Assembly (NCBI RefSeq): GCF_030144855.1
Contig: NC_082709.1
Span: 50,964,001 to 51,028,000 of the forward strand
Source of the DNA: Hypanus sabinus
Taxonomy: Eukaryota
Direction of reading: 5' to 3'
Length of the DNA stretch: 64,000 nucleotides
Shown: piece by piece, positions 52,536-64,000 of the stretch
How positions within the stretch are numbered: the first letter of the stretch is position 1
How the letters are laid out: each line of letters begins with the position of its first letter
Notes under the pieces: model-generated
Seen by the model: the letters and a program-made list of their open reading frames with translations, nothing else
Databases searched by the model: none
What the model was told of the DNA's origin: nothing
Made by a program: the position numbers and the translations under genes

Positions 52536-53262
52536 GGTGTGCAGACCAGGTAGAGTACATCCCAAGTTTATGAAAAGTCTGAGCTGGGTTTATTAATCCA
52601 AGCTTGGTAATACTGCATCAGGGTCAAAAGTGAATAGTCTTAATTCTCAACTTCAGCCATCTTGCCAGAACTCCCTTCCCCATTTCTAACTGGTAGGTGA
52701 GCACTGAGTGCAATTAATTTACTTTGGTATGGCAGGTTAACAGAATAATTCCAATGGGTGGGGTATAGGAGGAGAGTTGTGTAAATTGGATTGCATCCCA
52801 GCAGCATCATAAGAAATAGAAAGTGGTAAATTGGATTATAATTGTCACATTTACTGAGGTATGGGGGGGGGGGGGGAAATGGTTTTGCAGGCCAACCATA
52901 GCAATAATTTCATCATAACAGCACATTGAGGTGGTGCTGGGAAATCAATAACAAAATGCAGAATAAAGTGTTGCAGTTACAGAGAAAATTCAGTGCAGGA
53001 AGGCAATAAGGTGCAAGACTATGACGTTCTGATGATTGGCAAACCTGTCAGTAGATTTAAAGGAACATTATGACTCGAAGAATTACTAATAGAATTCAAA
53101 TTTTAAAGAATAGAACAATCATTATAGAAGTACTGAGTAGATTTACAAAGAGCAGCTTTCAACGAGAAGCCACACTCATGCGCCACTTTGCCATCTTGAA
53201 GTTACAAGGAAAAGAAAATTCTATGTACCAATGTATTCTTGAATATGTTCCTTACTTTACAG

Positions 53263-53298
53263 GGTGAACGAGGTTCTGTGGGACCCCTGGGAGTTAAG
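53263..53298 (+). CDS. COL6A3: COL6A3 helix exon (36 nt)
   Basis: ACAG| GERGSVGPLGVK |GTAAAG. Confidence 0.92.
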
Positions 53299-53389
53299 GT
53301 AAAGTGAATAATTAACTGGCTGTTGAGCAACATTTTTCTTATTTCCCATGTCTGAAGCTCTTCAACTGAATGTTACATTCCTGAAACAG

Positions 53390-53452
53390 GGCAGTCTTGG
53401 AACTGAGGGTGAATCAGGCAAAGATGGTATGAAAGGAAACAGAGGTCGCAGG
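53390..53452 (+). CDS. COL6A3: COL6A3 helix exon (63 nt)
   Basis: ACAG| GSLGTEGESGKDGMKGNRGRR |GTGAGT. Confidence 0.92.
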
Positions 53453-53681
53453 GTGAGTCCAAATAAAAAAAAGAAAGTGGAGTTCCTTATTTTGATTATT
53501 TTTTAATTTGGAAAAATGCAGCTATTTATTTTGTGCTTAAGAATATTCAAATATTTATTCTTTTTAATACTCAGCTATGTTAAAACATAATTGTTGGAGT
53601 TGCTGGGATGTTGATAACAGAGACATTCTGTTGTACTTCCATAAGATTATTAGACCTAGGAGCTGAATTTGGCTATTTAGC

Positions 53682-54291
53682 TGTAACACTTACCCAACAG
53701 GCTGGTATATGTCTAGGGGAAAAGGAGATCCAGCCACTCACCAACCCCACCTCCCGTACATGCAGGTGCTGTGAGAATCAAGTTTATGCCGTGCGTACAC
53801 ACACAATATCAAACTCACATCAGATACCGTTATGGAATACACTCTAAAGATTTTACTAAAACTAAAAGAGTACTATGCAATACAGTATGTATGAAGGAAA
53901 AGAAAATAAAGTAAAAGGTGCCAACTTATCAAAGTTCAGCCAGTTTAGTGCACATCTTTGGAGCTCAACCATCAAACCATTTGACCCCTCGTCACTTCCC
54001 TGCGACCTCCACATCCTCACACCTGGGACCACCCCGGTGGTAGACCGAGCAGTGCAGCGCACTTCCACCTTCCTCGGTGTCTCCTTCCCGCCTCTCCTGA
54101 AAAGACCGCGAAACCCCCAAGCTCCCAGCCTCACAAGACAAATAACATTCCCCATTGGTTAACAAATGAATACAATCCCCATATCAACAAGTCTAAAGCT
54201 AAACAACTGCGAGAGAAAACACTTAACAAACATAAAAGCATTATAGCAAACCAAAGAAGCCATTTTGATTACATACACAGTACATTGTACA
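53682..54291 (-). repeat. Gypsy 3' LTR (610 bp)
   Basis: TGTAACACTTACCC...ACATTGTACA; adjacent to the PPT. Confidence 0.96.
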
Positions 54292-54310
54292 TTCTTCCCC
54301 CCCCCCCCCC
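54292..54310 (-). other. Polypurine tract
   Basis: Minus strand poly-G + AAGAA immediately before the 3' LTR. Confidence 0.9.
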
Positions 54311-54406
54311 ACCAGCAAATGTCATGCCCTCATGACATTACCAGAGTTTCCCAAGGCTTCTTGCAACACACAAAACCCAACCCAGGTGCAGAAAGCAGCG
54401 ACATAA

Positions 54407-57400
54407 CTACCTAGAGCAGTAGAAATCATGCTCGGTTCTCCTGGCACCACATATGTCAACCGCTCTGCGGGGGCACCCACTTCTCTGAGATCTGCGTACC
54501 CCTTCTGCCGACCCTTCCGCCTCACTGGGCTCCCTCTTCACCTGCGAGCCCTCTGCCTTGGTCACCCCAGGTCTACCTGTCAGATCCTCACTCCCTCCCT
54601 CATGGGGTTCCCCCCTCACCTGAGAACTCTCTGTCTTGTGTTCGGGTTCCACCCTCTCTCCCCCCAATGCTGGCTGCCTTTCCGTCTGATCATCAACACC
54701 TTCCCTCCTCTCGCCCAACTCAGTAGGGGAAGGGCCAGGAGCCTCCTCTTCTGGTACTGAAACGCCAGCGAATGGGAACAGGGGCCACTCATCTGAGTCG
54801 CCATCTTTCAAATCGGTATCCATTCCCGGGTTAAGGACCCGTCTCGGCTCTTCAGCAGCGGGCTTTTCTCTTGCTCCGTGCCCTCGCAGAGTCCTTGTAC
54901 TAGGTGCAACATCCCACTCTGGCTTCTTGTCCACTTGCACCGCTTGGCCCAGGGGCAGCAGGTGATTCCGATGGAGTACTCTGATAGGCCCATTCCCATC
55001 CTCAGGTTTCACCCGGTAAACTGGCAGATTCGGCATCTGGCTTTCTATTACCTAGGGGCTGGCCGCCCATCAATCTGCCAACTTGTGCTTACCAGGGAGT
55101 CCCAAATTCCGTAAAAGGACTCGGTTGCCCGGCAATAATTTGGCAAACTTCACCTTTTGATCATATCTCATCTTATTCCTCTGATTTTGTTTGGTAGCCA
55201 CTGCCTCGGCCAACTCGTACGTCCTCTGTAACTCCCTCTTCTTATCGGACACATACTTTAGATAGGGCTTCCCGGGTAATTCAACCACTTCAGCCCCAAA
55301 ACACAAGTCAATGGGCAACCTCGCTTCCCGCCAGAACATCAGATAATAAGGTGAGTACCCTGTAGCATCATTGCGAGTACAATTGTAACAGTGAACCAAT
55401 TGTCCAATATGACGACTCCACTTAGTTTTCTGCCCAATCTCCAACATCCTGAGCATATTCAACAGGGTCCTGTTGAACCTCTCTGGCTCAGGATCACCCT
55501 GTGGGTGGTAAGGGGTAGTCCTGGATTTCTCAACCCCAAGCATAGTCAGTAATTCATGGATAAGGCGGCTCTCAAAGTCCCGCCCCTGATCACTATGGAT
55601 TCGCCTGGGAAGGCCATAATGAACAAAATACTTCTCCCACAACACCTTCGCCACTGTCGTCGCCTTCTGATCCTTAGTGGGAAATGCCTGAGCATAGCGA
55701 GTGTAATGATCGGTGATGACTAAGACATTCACGGTGTTGTTGGTGTCAGGCCCGATCGACAGAAAATCCATACACACCAGGTCCAGAGGTCCCGCACTCT
55801 GCAAGTGCGACAGTGGAGCCGCCAACGCTGGCAGGGTCTTCCTCCGGATGCAACGACTGCATCCTCTACAGTATTCTTCGACCTCCCCCCTCATCTGGGG
55901 CCAGTAGAACTGGTCTTTGAGTAATCCATAGATCTTTTCCACCCCCAGGTGTCCAGAATCATAATGTAAGGCCTGGAGTACAGCCTGGCGATACTCCTCC
56001 GGCAGGACCAGTTGCCAACTGCGGGGTTGGTCCGGAGGCGTCGTTACCTGGTACAAGATTTTGTTCTTTAACTTCAACCGAGACCCCCCCTTCAACAACA
56101 GAGGCACGAATGGGTGTTTCTCCTTCTCAGCCAACGCCACATCCCCCTTCTCGACCGCTCTCCACACTGTGCCAATGCCCAGGTCATTTTGCTGAGCAGC
56201 TGCCACTTCCCCCGGACTCAGTTCTGGCAACTGTTTAGTCCGCAGTGCGGTCAGGTCACAGTAAGCTAGGGGTATGGCGTCGTCAAAAACCCCCAAATGG
56301 TCCACGGCTCGTTCCAGCCTTCCTCTTCCCTCGGCCTTCACAGTGATAGCAAACTGACACATGGCCTTCACTCCAGGGGCAGGGACACTCTCCCGCTCCT
56401 CGTCCTTCTCCTGTTCCCCTGGTTCCCAACATGACAAAGCATCCGCATTAACATTCCTGCTTCCTGGGCGGTACTTCAGGCTGAACTCATATACCAACAA
56501 GGCCGCCAGCCACCGATGTCCTGTGGCATTAAGCATAGCTCAAGTCAGGATATAAGTGAGAGGATTGTTATCTGTTCTCACCTCGAACTTGGCTCCGTAC
56601 AGGTAATCACCCAGCTTGTCCACCACCGCCCACTTCAGCACCAGGAACTCCAACTTGTGAGTGGGATAGTTTCTCTCCAATGGCGACAAGCTTTGGCTGA
56701 CAATTGCTACCGGTCTCAATGCTTTGCCATGCTCCTGGTACAGAACAGTCCCTAGACCCTCTCAGCTGGCATCCGTGGGCAGCACATATGGCTTCTGGGG
56801 ATCGGCAAAAGCCAACACCGGGGCCTGGGTCAGTGCCCTTTTCAAAGAACGGAACGCCTCTTCACATCGATCATCCCATCTCGAGCCAAAAGGTTCCGCC
56901 GGGTTCCAGTATCCTCCAGCGTCTTGCCTCCAGTCCCCTTCCTTTTCTTTCCCACCGGGGGAGAGCCACACAACAGCTGAGTCAACGGGTAACACATTCT
57001 GGTGTATCCTTTCACGAATTGGCAGTAATACCCACAGAACCCCAAAAATGAGCGCATAGCGCCCACTTTCTGTGGTCTCAGCCAGGTGGTCACGGCCTCT
57101 ATCTTGGTTGGATCAGTAGCCACTCCCTCTTGCGAAATGATATGGCCAACATAGCTGACCTACGACTAGCAGAACTGGCATTTGTCCAGGGAAAGCTTCA
57201 GTGCTTCCTCCTTAAGCCGGCTTAATACCTTTAACAGCCGCTCTTCATGTTCTTCCAAAGTCGATCCAAACACTATCAAATTGTCCAGGTACACCAGCAC
57301 CTCCAACAGATTCATATCCCCCACAGTCTTCTCCATGAGCCCCTGGAAGGTGGCTGGGCCCCCCAATATACCTTGGGGCATTCGTTCGAACTGGAAGAAC

Positions 57401-58828
57401 CCCAGCGGGCAGATAAAGGCTGTCTTCTCTTTATCAGCCGTACTCATCGGGATCTGGTAATACCCACTTCTTAAATCCAGCACACTGAACCACTTCGCAC
57501 CACTCAGGCAGGCCAACGCATCCTCGACTCTTGGGACAGTATATTGATCAGGGACAGTTCGCCGATTCAACGTCCTGTAATCAACACACGTGCGCACCCT
57601 CCCATTCTTCTTCCGTGCCACAACTATTGGGGACGCATAAGGACTTCGAGACTCAGCTATGATTCCAGCTTCCTTCAACTTGCACAAGTGCTGCCACACA
57701 TCCCCAACATCTGCTAGGCTAGCCGCCGGGATCTCTCTCAGAACGGGGTGTCCTCCGTCACCCAGATGGTGTGGCGAGTGCTTTTGGAGCAGCCCACATC
57801 AAACTCGCCCCGAGAAAAAACAGCTTCCATCTTCAGCATCTTCTCCACTAGCCTGCGTTTCCACTCCGGCGACACAGGAGAATCCCCAAAGTTAAAGGCT
57901 TCAGCAGTCAGCTCCCTTCGATGCCCCGATCCCTCCCTGTTAGGGATCCTCACTGGTGCGCTAGACATTACCGTCACTGGGAACAGATGCGCCAACGGCA
58001 TTCCCCTCTTAAAGGTGATTTCTCTTGCCGTGGTGTTCCTGACACTTATAGCTATACGCCTCGCATGTACCACCCCTGGTCTCTGCACTTCGGGCCTCAC
58101 CAGCGCCCCCGCCGGAAATCGTGTCTCCCCTTCAAGATCGTCCGGGGCGTCTACTAACAGGGCTTCGCCCGTCGGCACTCCAGGGAATCTGGGAGTCCCC
58201 ATCACGAGTGCTTCCTCCCCTGGTCGAATCACCTTGGGCCTCGCCTGCGTAAACCACACCATCTCTCGTTTACACTCCGGGTCCAGCCCTTGGGGGGGCA
58301 ACCCCTTCTTCAAATACCGCTCGAAACACTGGATGCACCGAGGGTCTCCAGAAAATGTTCCCCCCCCCTTTCTCTTTACAAGCTCCCAGGAGCCGTCGCA
58401 CAACAGGGAAGTTAGTCCCCACCAGGAGGGCAGCATCACCAGTTTCCACTGGGTCAGGACACACTAACACCAATGTCTCAATAGCTTCGGACACTCCCAC
58501 ATCGGCCTCCGAGAACTCCAATCTCACCGATAGGTACCCATCGTACGGGTAGTCATCCTCGCTCACACCACAAATCTGCAGGGCATCAAATGGGGTTACG
58601 GGCAAATGCTTTAGATATTTGTTGTAGAAAGACCGGTACAATAAGGTCACCTGCGATCCTGTATCAAGAACGGCTTTTGCGTAAACTCCCTCTATCCGTA
58701 GACACACACTGGCACGGGGTCCTACCAGCCCATCCGGAATAGAAGCGTGGGCACCCGGTGGTCCCCTGGCTGATCTCTGTGAACATGTCCCTCCAGAGGC
58801 TCCAGTCCGTTCCCTCACTGAGCCTCTC
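54407..58828 (-). pseudogene. Gypsy pol (protease, RT, RNase H, integrase), disrupted
   Basis: VLDTGSQVT; SPYASPIV..DYRTLN..LDLRSGYYQI..YLDN (57280-57291, catalytic YLDD altered); TDAS; HYDSGH..CSRC; MDF..HSDQG..ERFNRTL. Confidence 0.95.
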
Positions 58829-60156
58829 CTAAGTTTCCCGACACCTCTCCCTTTTTAGTCGTGGGGGGCTTGCCCTCCGCGGGACTCCTTGTCTGTCACA
58901 ATCCCATCGAAAGTGTCCCTCTTCTCCACAGCTATAGCACACCCTTGTCCGCCCACAGTCCCGCCTGAAGTGCCCCTCTTTCCCACAGTTAAAGCACACG
59001 CTGCACGCTGCCCCTTCTCTTCCAAGATGGCCCCCGCTCCCAACCCATTGCATGGGCCGCCCCCGGGAATGAGTACCATCCCTGTTCTTCCCCTTCAGAG
59101 GGGGGTCCCTACTCCCCGGGGGGTTGTCATTCCTCCACCCAGCCACCACTTCCTGTATCACTGAGGATCACTCCCGGGGGCCCGCGCCCCTTTTCCGCCC
59201 CAACGCTCTCTTCCTCTCGCACCTCTCTGATCAGTTGCCCGAACGATGGAGGGGGGCCTTTCCTATAAGCCTGCCGGATAGTCCACGCCACCTTGTCCTC
59301 CTCCAGAGAACCACTGAATATCTGACTCATCCTCACGCTAGCCACATCAGGCGCCCTCACTACTCCCCGGCACCGCAACCCCGTAAGCATCCCCTCCATC
59401 CGAAATATGTACTCGGAGAGCTTTTCCCCTCTCCATTGTTCCAGGCGTTGGAACTCAGCTAAAAGCAGCCAGGGTTCCCCTGACAACCCAAATGCTCCCT
59501 CCAAAACTTCTATGCATTCCTCCACTGAAACCCCAGGCTTTTTAGCTTTCAACTCCCGGACTGTTTAGGCTGCCGAACCCCTCAAATTTCCCAACAATCG
59601 CTGCCTCTTCTCCTCCTCCGAGCCTGACCACTCCTCTAACATCAAAGACGTATGCTCGATCCAGGTCTCATAGTCCACCTCCCCATCCGGAGTAGGCTTG
59701 GCTCCGGAGAACACCCCCAGCTTCAGCCGTGGCCTCTCGGCCACTCCTACCAGGGAATTAAGTGCGGCTGCCAGGCCCTCCTCCAACCCCCCTTTACTAG
59801 AGACGGGCACCTCTCTGGGGGCCACCTCTAGCTCTAGCTTTGCCTCCGGTGTCTCCTCATCCTCATCCTCGGAGAGGGTGTGGAGCCCCCTCGGCCCCGC
59901 CTCCCCCGGAACATTGACCGTCGCCGGCATTTCCAATATCATGACGTCAGCACTCGTACGAACCAACACCCAGCTAGACTCTACCTCTTTACCACACCGT
60001 CTAGCTACCAATTCTACCTGCCAATACCTTTTACCTAACTTAACTCCCGCACTGATGCATCTCCCGAAACACGAAATCCACTCCGCTCACTACACAGGCA
60101 TACTGCACCGGTACATCTTCCAACTCACACCAGCTAACAATCTTATCTCTGTCCAT
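58829..60156 (-). pseudogene. Gypsy gag (PNMA-like capsid, two CCHC knuckles), disrupted
   Basis: LGVFSGAKPTPDGEVDYETWIEHTSLMLEEW..EKRQRLL; [14 protein letters not shown] and [14 protein letters not shown]; split across four ORFs. Confidence 0.9.
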
Positions 60157-60200
60157 CTCCGCTCTGCTGCCTGTGCGATTCCACAGCCCCTGACAATCCA

Positions 60201-60219
60201 ATCCGGGATGAGCACCCCA
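60201..60219 (-). other. Primer-binding site, tRNA-Pro-like
   Basis: TGGGGTGCTCATCCCGGAT 4 nt after the 5' LTR, vs canonical PBS-Pro TGGGGGCTCGTCCGGGAT. Confidence 0.7.
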
Positions 60220-60223
60220 CAAA

Positions 60224-60840
60224 TGTAACACTTACCCAACAGGCTGGTATATGTCTAGGGGAAAAGGAGATCCAGCCACACACCAACCCTGCCTCCCGTA
60301 CACGCAGGTGCTGTAGGAATCAAGTTTATGCCGTGCGTACACACACAATATCAAACTCACACCAGATACCGTTACGGAATACACTTTAAAGATTTTACTA
60401 AAACTAAAAGAGCACTATGCAATACAGTATATATGAAGGAAAGGAAAATAAAATAAAAGGCGCCAACTTATCAAAGTTCAGTCAGTTTAGTGCACATTGT
60501 TGGAGCTCAACCATCGAACCATTCGACCCCTCGTCACTTTCCTCCGACCTCCACGTCCTCGTACCTGGGACCACCCCGGTGGTCGAACGTGCAGTGCAGT
60601 GCACGTCCACCTTCCTCGGTGTCTCCTTCCAACCTCCCCTCAAAAGACCGCAAAGCCCCCAAGCTCCCAGCCTCACAAGACAAAATAACATTCCCCATTG
60701 GTTAACAAATGAATACAATCCCCATATCAGCAAGTCCAAAGCTAACCAACTGCGAGAGAAAACACTTATCAAACATAAAAGCATTCCTACTCTAGCAAAC
60801 CAAAGAAGCCATTTTGATTACATACACAGTACATTGTACA
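60224..60840 (-). repeat. Gypsy 5' LTR (617 bp)
   Basis: Direct repeat of 53682-54291; about 40 substitutions and 2 indels by eye. Confidence 0.96.
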
Positions 60841-61281
60841 TAGCCCATCAAGTTCGTTCCACCATTCCATCATGGCTGATTTATTAACCCTTCCAAACCA
60901 TTCCCCTGCCTTCTCCTTATAACCTTTGATGCCCTTACAAATCAAGAATCTATCAATCTCCCTTTTAAATATAGTCAATACCTTGTCCTCCACAGCTGCC
61001 TATGGCAATGATTTCCACAGATTCACCACCCTCTGGCTAAAGAAATGTCTCCTCATCTCTGTTCTAAAGGGATGTCTTCCAATTCTGAGTCTGTACCATC
61101 TGGTCCTAGATTCCCCCATGATAGGAACCATCCTCTCAATATTTACTCTAACCAAGCCTTTCAATATCAGAGTCAGAATTGGAATCAGGTTTATTATCAC
61201 CGCACAGGTCATGAAATCTGTTAACTTTGCGGCAGCAGTACAATGCCAAACATAATATATGTAGGAAAAAACTGAATTACA

Positions 61282-61318
<37 letters not shown>

Positions 61319-62575
61319 TTAAATAGCTAAGTTAAAATAAGTAGTGCAAAGTACAGAAATATATAAAAAAATTAGTGAGGTAGTGTTCATGGATTTCAAT
61401 GTCCATTTAGCAATCAGATGGCAGAGGGGAAGAAGCTGTACCTGAACTGCTGTGTGTGTGCCTTCAGGCTTCTGCTTCTCCTTCCTGACAGTAGCAATGA
61501 GAAAAGTGCATGTCCTGAGTGGCAGGGGTCCTTAATGATGGATGCCACTTTCCTGAGGCACTTACTTGAAGATGTCTTGGATAGTGCAGAAGCTAGTACC
61601 CATAATGGAGCAAGCTAATTTCACAACAGGCTTAAATGATATTGCATCCTCACCCTTCTAAACTCCACAGAGTTCAGGCCCAGAACCATGAAACATGCTT
61701 TAGCATTATATCTGTGCATTTATTTTCTAGTCCTCTCAAAATAAATGCTAACAGTCATTTGCCATCCTTACCGCTGACTCATCCTATATGAGGTCTCCCA
61801 AGTCTATCTGCATTTCTGATTTCTGAATATTTTCCCCATTTCTAAAATAATCTATACCTTTATTCCTTCTACCAACGTGCATGACCATACATTGCCCTAC
61901 ACTATCTTCTGCCATTTCTTTGCCCTTTCTCTTTATCTGCCCAACTCCCTCTCTGGACTTCCTGCTTCCTCAACACTCCCTGTCCTTCTACCTATCTTTA
62001 CATCATCTGCAAACATGGCACCATGCCATCAATTCCATCATCCAAATCATTGACATATAAACATTGACATTGAAAAGGAGTGCTCACAACACTGGCCCCT
62101 GAAGAACACCAGTAATGACTAGCAGCCAACTGGAAAAGATCCCTTTATTCACACTCTTTGCCTCCTGCCAGTTAGTTAATCTTCCATCCATGCTAATATC
62201 CTTCCTAAAATCCCATGTGACTTATGCTGATTTAGCAGCTTCATGTGTGCCAACTTGTCAAAGGTCTTCTGAAAATCCAAGTAAACAACATCCACTGACT
62301 TTCTTTTGTCTAGTCCTCAAAGAATTCCAACAGATTTGTCAGTCAAGATTTCCCCTTCAGGAAGCCCTGCTGAGTTTGGCCTATTTTATCATGTGCCTCC
62401 AAGTACCCCAAAACCTCAGTCGTAATAATGGACCCATCATCTTAACAACACTGAAGTGAGGCTAACTGGCCTATAATTTCTTGTCCTTTGCCTCCCTCCT
62501 TTCTTAAAGAGTGGAGTGACATTTGCAATTCTCCAGTCTTCTGGAACTACTTCACAATCTATTGATTCTTGAAGG
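60841..62575 (-). mobile_element. CR1-clade LINE remnant; its extreme 3' tail is at ~53639-53681, on the other side of the Gypsy element
   Basis: ESRTRWYRLRI..FFSQRVVNLWKSLP; removing the Gypsy rejoins GAATTTGGCTATT-TAGC-CCATCAAGT..ACCATTCCATCATGGCTGAT, matching the tails at 17981 and 32226. Confidence 0.85.
61287..61313. repeat. (TA)n microsatellite
   Basis: About 13 TA units. Confidence 0.95.
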
Positions 62576-63587
62576 AATCCCACATCCAAAGATTCGGGTG
62601 TTGGTAGGTTATGTCACTGTAAATTGCTTTTAGTGTATAGATAAGTGGTAGAGTTCAGGTGGTGGGGAGTGGGGAGCATAGACGTGTAAATGGAAGGGTT
62701 ATTGACCATGCTGTATCTCTCTATATACTTTGTGTACTTTGTGTATAAAGAGCACAAACCATAATGTGCATTTGTTACTCCTCTCTGGTAATAAAGCACA
62801 AATGAGATCAAACAAAATGTTTGTCCAGATCTGGGCTGCTACTCCAAGTTGATTCATCTAGTTAGGAAAGTTTCCAATTCCACTACTACCTTATTAAATA
62901 AATGTGTTTCTCATCTCATACCAAACAAGAATAGGCTTTACATCAGAATTGCTAAATTACACAAGAAGCTTTGAAACAATAGCAAATGATCTCACTAGCA
63001 TGCCCTCAGGGGAAAGTCACTTTTGCTGGACTGTCCATTGGCACATTTATAATTTTTCCATCGTTACTTTAATGAATTATAACTCCAACAAATAGGTATG
63101 ACATTTCATAAGGTGTTTACAAGATTTTATATTGCGTATGAGATGTTCAAATGACAGTCACATTTCATATCATTTTCTATACCATTTCTATATCAGTCAC
63201 CACTTGTCCCTTTCACTTACTGAACTGGAGATTGCATGATAGATTGGGATAGCATTTGGGCCTTTCACATCTGGAAATATCTCCTTTATAACTCATTGCA
63301 GAGATCTTGCATGAAGCGTATTTTTGAAGTGTTGACACACAATGTAAAATAGCACTTCATTCACTGTTGATTGTACTCAAAGTGTATGGAAAATGCAAGA
63401 GGTACTATTGGGCTAGATGCATGAGGCCTGATGAGTTGTAGGTGTGGCAAAGTGGGTCAATGAGGCTAGAACTGTTAACCTAATGCCTAAACAAACTATA
63501 ATAGAGCTGGGGATGCCAAGTGCTGGCCCATGGTGACTGTATTTTTTCTTTCATAATTTCAAAGTGAATAGTCATTTTCTACTTCAG

Positions 63588-63650
63588 GGTTATCCAGGAG
63601 CAGCTGGAGAAGATGGATCAAAAGGAGATATTGGTTACCCTGGTCCACAG
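63588..63650 (+). CDS. COL6A3: COL6A3 helix exon (63 nt), last exon in window
   Basis: TCAG| GYPGAAGEDGSKGDIGYPGPQ |GTAAAC. Confidence 0.93.
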
Positions 63651-64000
63651 GTAAACTTGCTTTTGAATTTAAATGGAGCAGTAACTTCCTTTGCCAAATG
63701 ATAGTTTAGTGATGACTAACTTTTAAAGTGAAGCAAGTCCTAAGTGTGTGGCTGCAGAGTTCTCATTGCTAGAAAGATTAATACAAGAGATTCTGCACAT
63801 GTTGGAAATCCAAAGTAATGCACACAAAGTGCTGGAGGAAAATAACAGGTCAGGCAGCATCTATGAAGAGGAATAAATAGTCAACATTTTGCCCCCGAGA
63901 CCCTTCATCGTTAACTTGGATTTTAGTGCAGACTACTTTTCTTAGGAGGCAGTCCCTCAGGTTTGAGGTTGACTTATTTCCACGCCAGTTTTGCAAGCCC

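Larger units (their letters stand above)
53682..60840 (-). mobile_element. Full-length defective Ty3/Gypsy LTR retrotransposon with PNMA-type Gag
   Basis: Two TG..CA LTRs, 4-bp TSD TAGC (53678-53681, 60841-60844), PBS, PPT, domain order gag-PR-RT-RNaseH-IN; multiple stops and frameshifts. Confidence 0.97.
1..63650 (+). other. COL6A3: Collagen type VI alpha-3 chain gene, partial (multi-exon; 5' and 3' ends outside the window)
   Basis: Tandem vWA exons, then the N1 signature ([37 protein letters not shown]), then helix exons of 54,72,27,45,54,63,66,54,36,63,63,63,63,51,36,63,63 nt. This series and the helical GFQGC cysteine match the COL6A3 pattern as I recall it. All splice phases are compatible. 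Confidence 0.95.

Noticed and set aside
52863-52876. Poly-G runs (also ~46073-46084 and poly-C ~54297-54310) as G-quadruplex regulators
   Set aside because: Simple homopolymers; one is the PPT, and none has supporting evidence of function.
53862-54162. Paired ORFs repeated at 60417-60887
   Set aside because: Incidental frames within the two LTR copies.
59127-60011. A domesticated host PNMA gene
   Set aside because: It lies between LTRs next to pol and has stops and frameshifts, so it is a transposon gag.
24911-63650. Assignment to COL6A4/5/6 or another collagen
   Set aside because: The N1 FGRGF/DNIAE..CC..CKC motifs, GTQGFQGC and the exon-size series fit alpha-3(VI) best; a phylogeny would confirm it.
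1-64000. Prokaryotic systems (CRISPR arrays, operons, defence islands, tRNA/rRNA genes)
   Set aside because: The window is a spliced vertebrate gene with retroelement-filled introns; I saw no repeat-spacer array or structural RNA gene.

Overview
Eukaryotic (vertebrate) genomic DNA, not prokaryotic. The repeat content suggests a cartilaginous fish, probably a ray; this is an inference. The whole 64 kb lies inside one plus-strand collagen VI alpha-3 gene (COL6A3). I reconstructed 26 GT-AG exons by hand with consistent phases: a partial vWA exon, two near-identical N4-like vWA exons, N3, N2, the split N1 domain and 18 exons carrying the Gly-X-Y helix. The gene runs off both ends. Introns hold CR1-clade LINEs, Rex1/Babar-like and RTE-like fragments, Penelope-like inverted repeats, a decayed retrovirus-like gag-pro-RT relic (~5.3-7.8 kb), a solo LTR, and a full-length but defective Gypsy element with PNMA-type Gag (53682-60840). 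Main observations: (1) a 2464-bp tandem duplication adds an in-frame vWA exon, and the exon is far more homogeneous between copies than its downstream intron; (2) an apparent fossil copy of the N3 exon with a dead acceptor; (3) a Gly-to-Ala break and an enlarged interruption in the triple helix. Human COL6A3 comparisons and exon numbers are from memory, and divergence figures are by-eye counts, not computed alignments.
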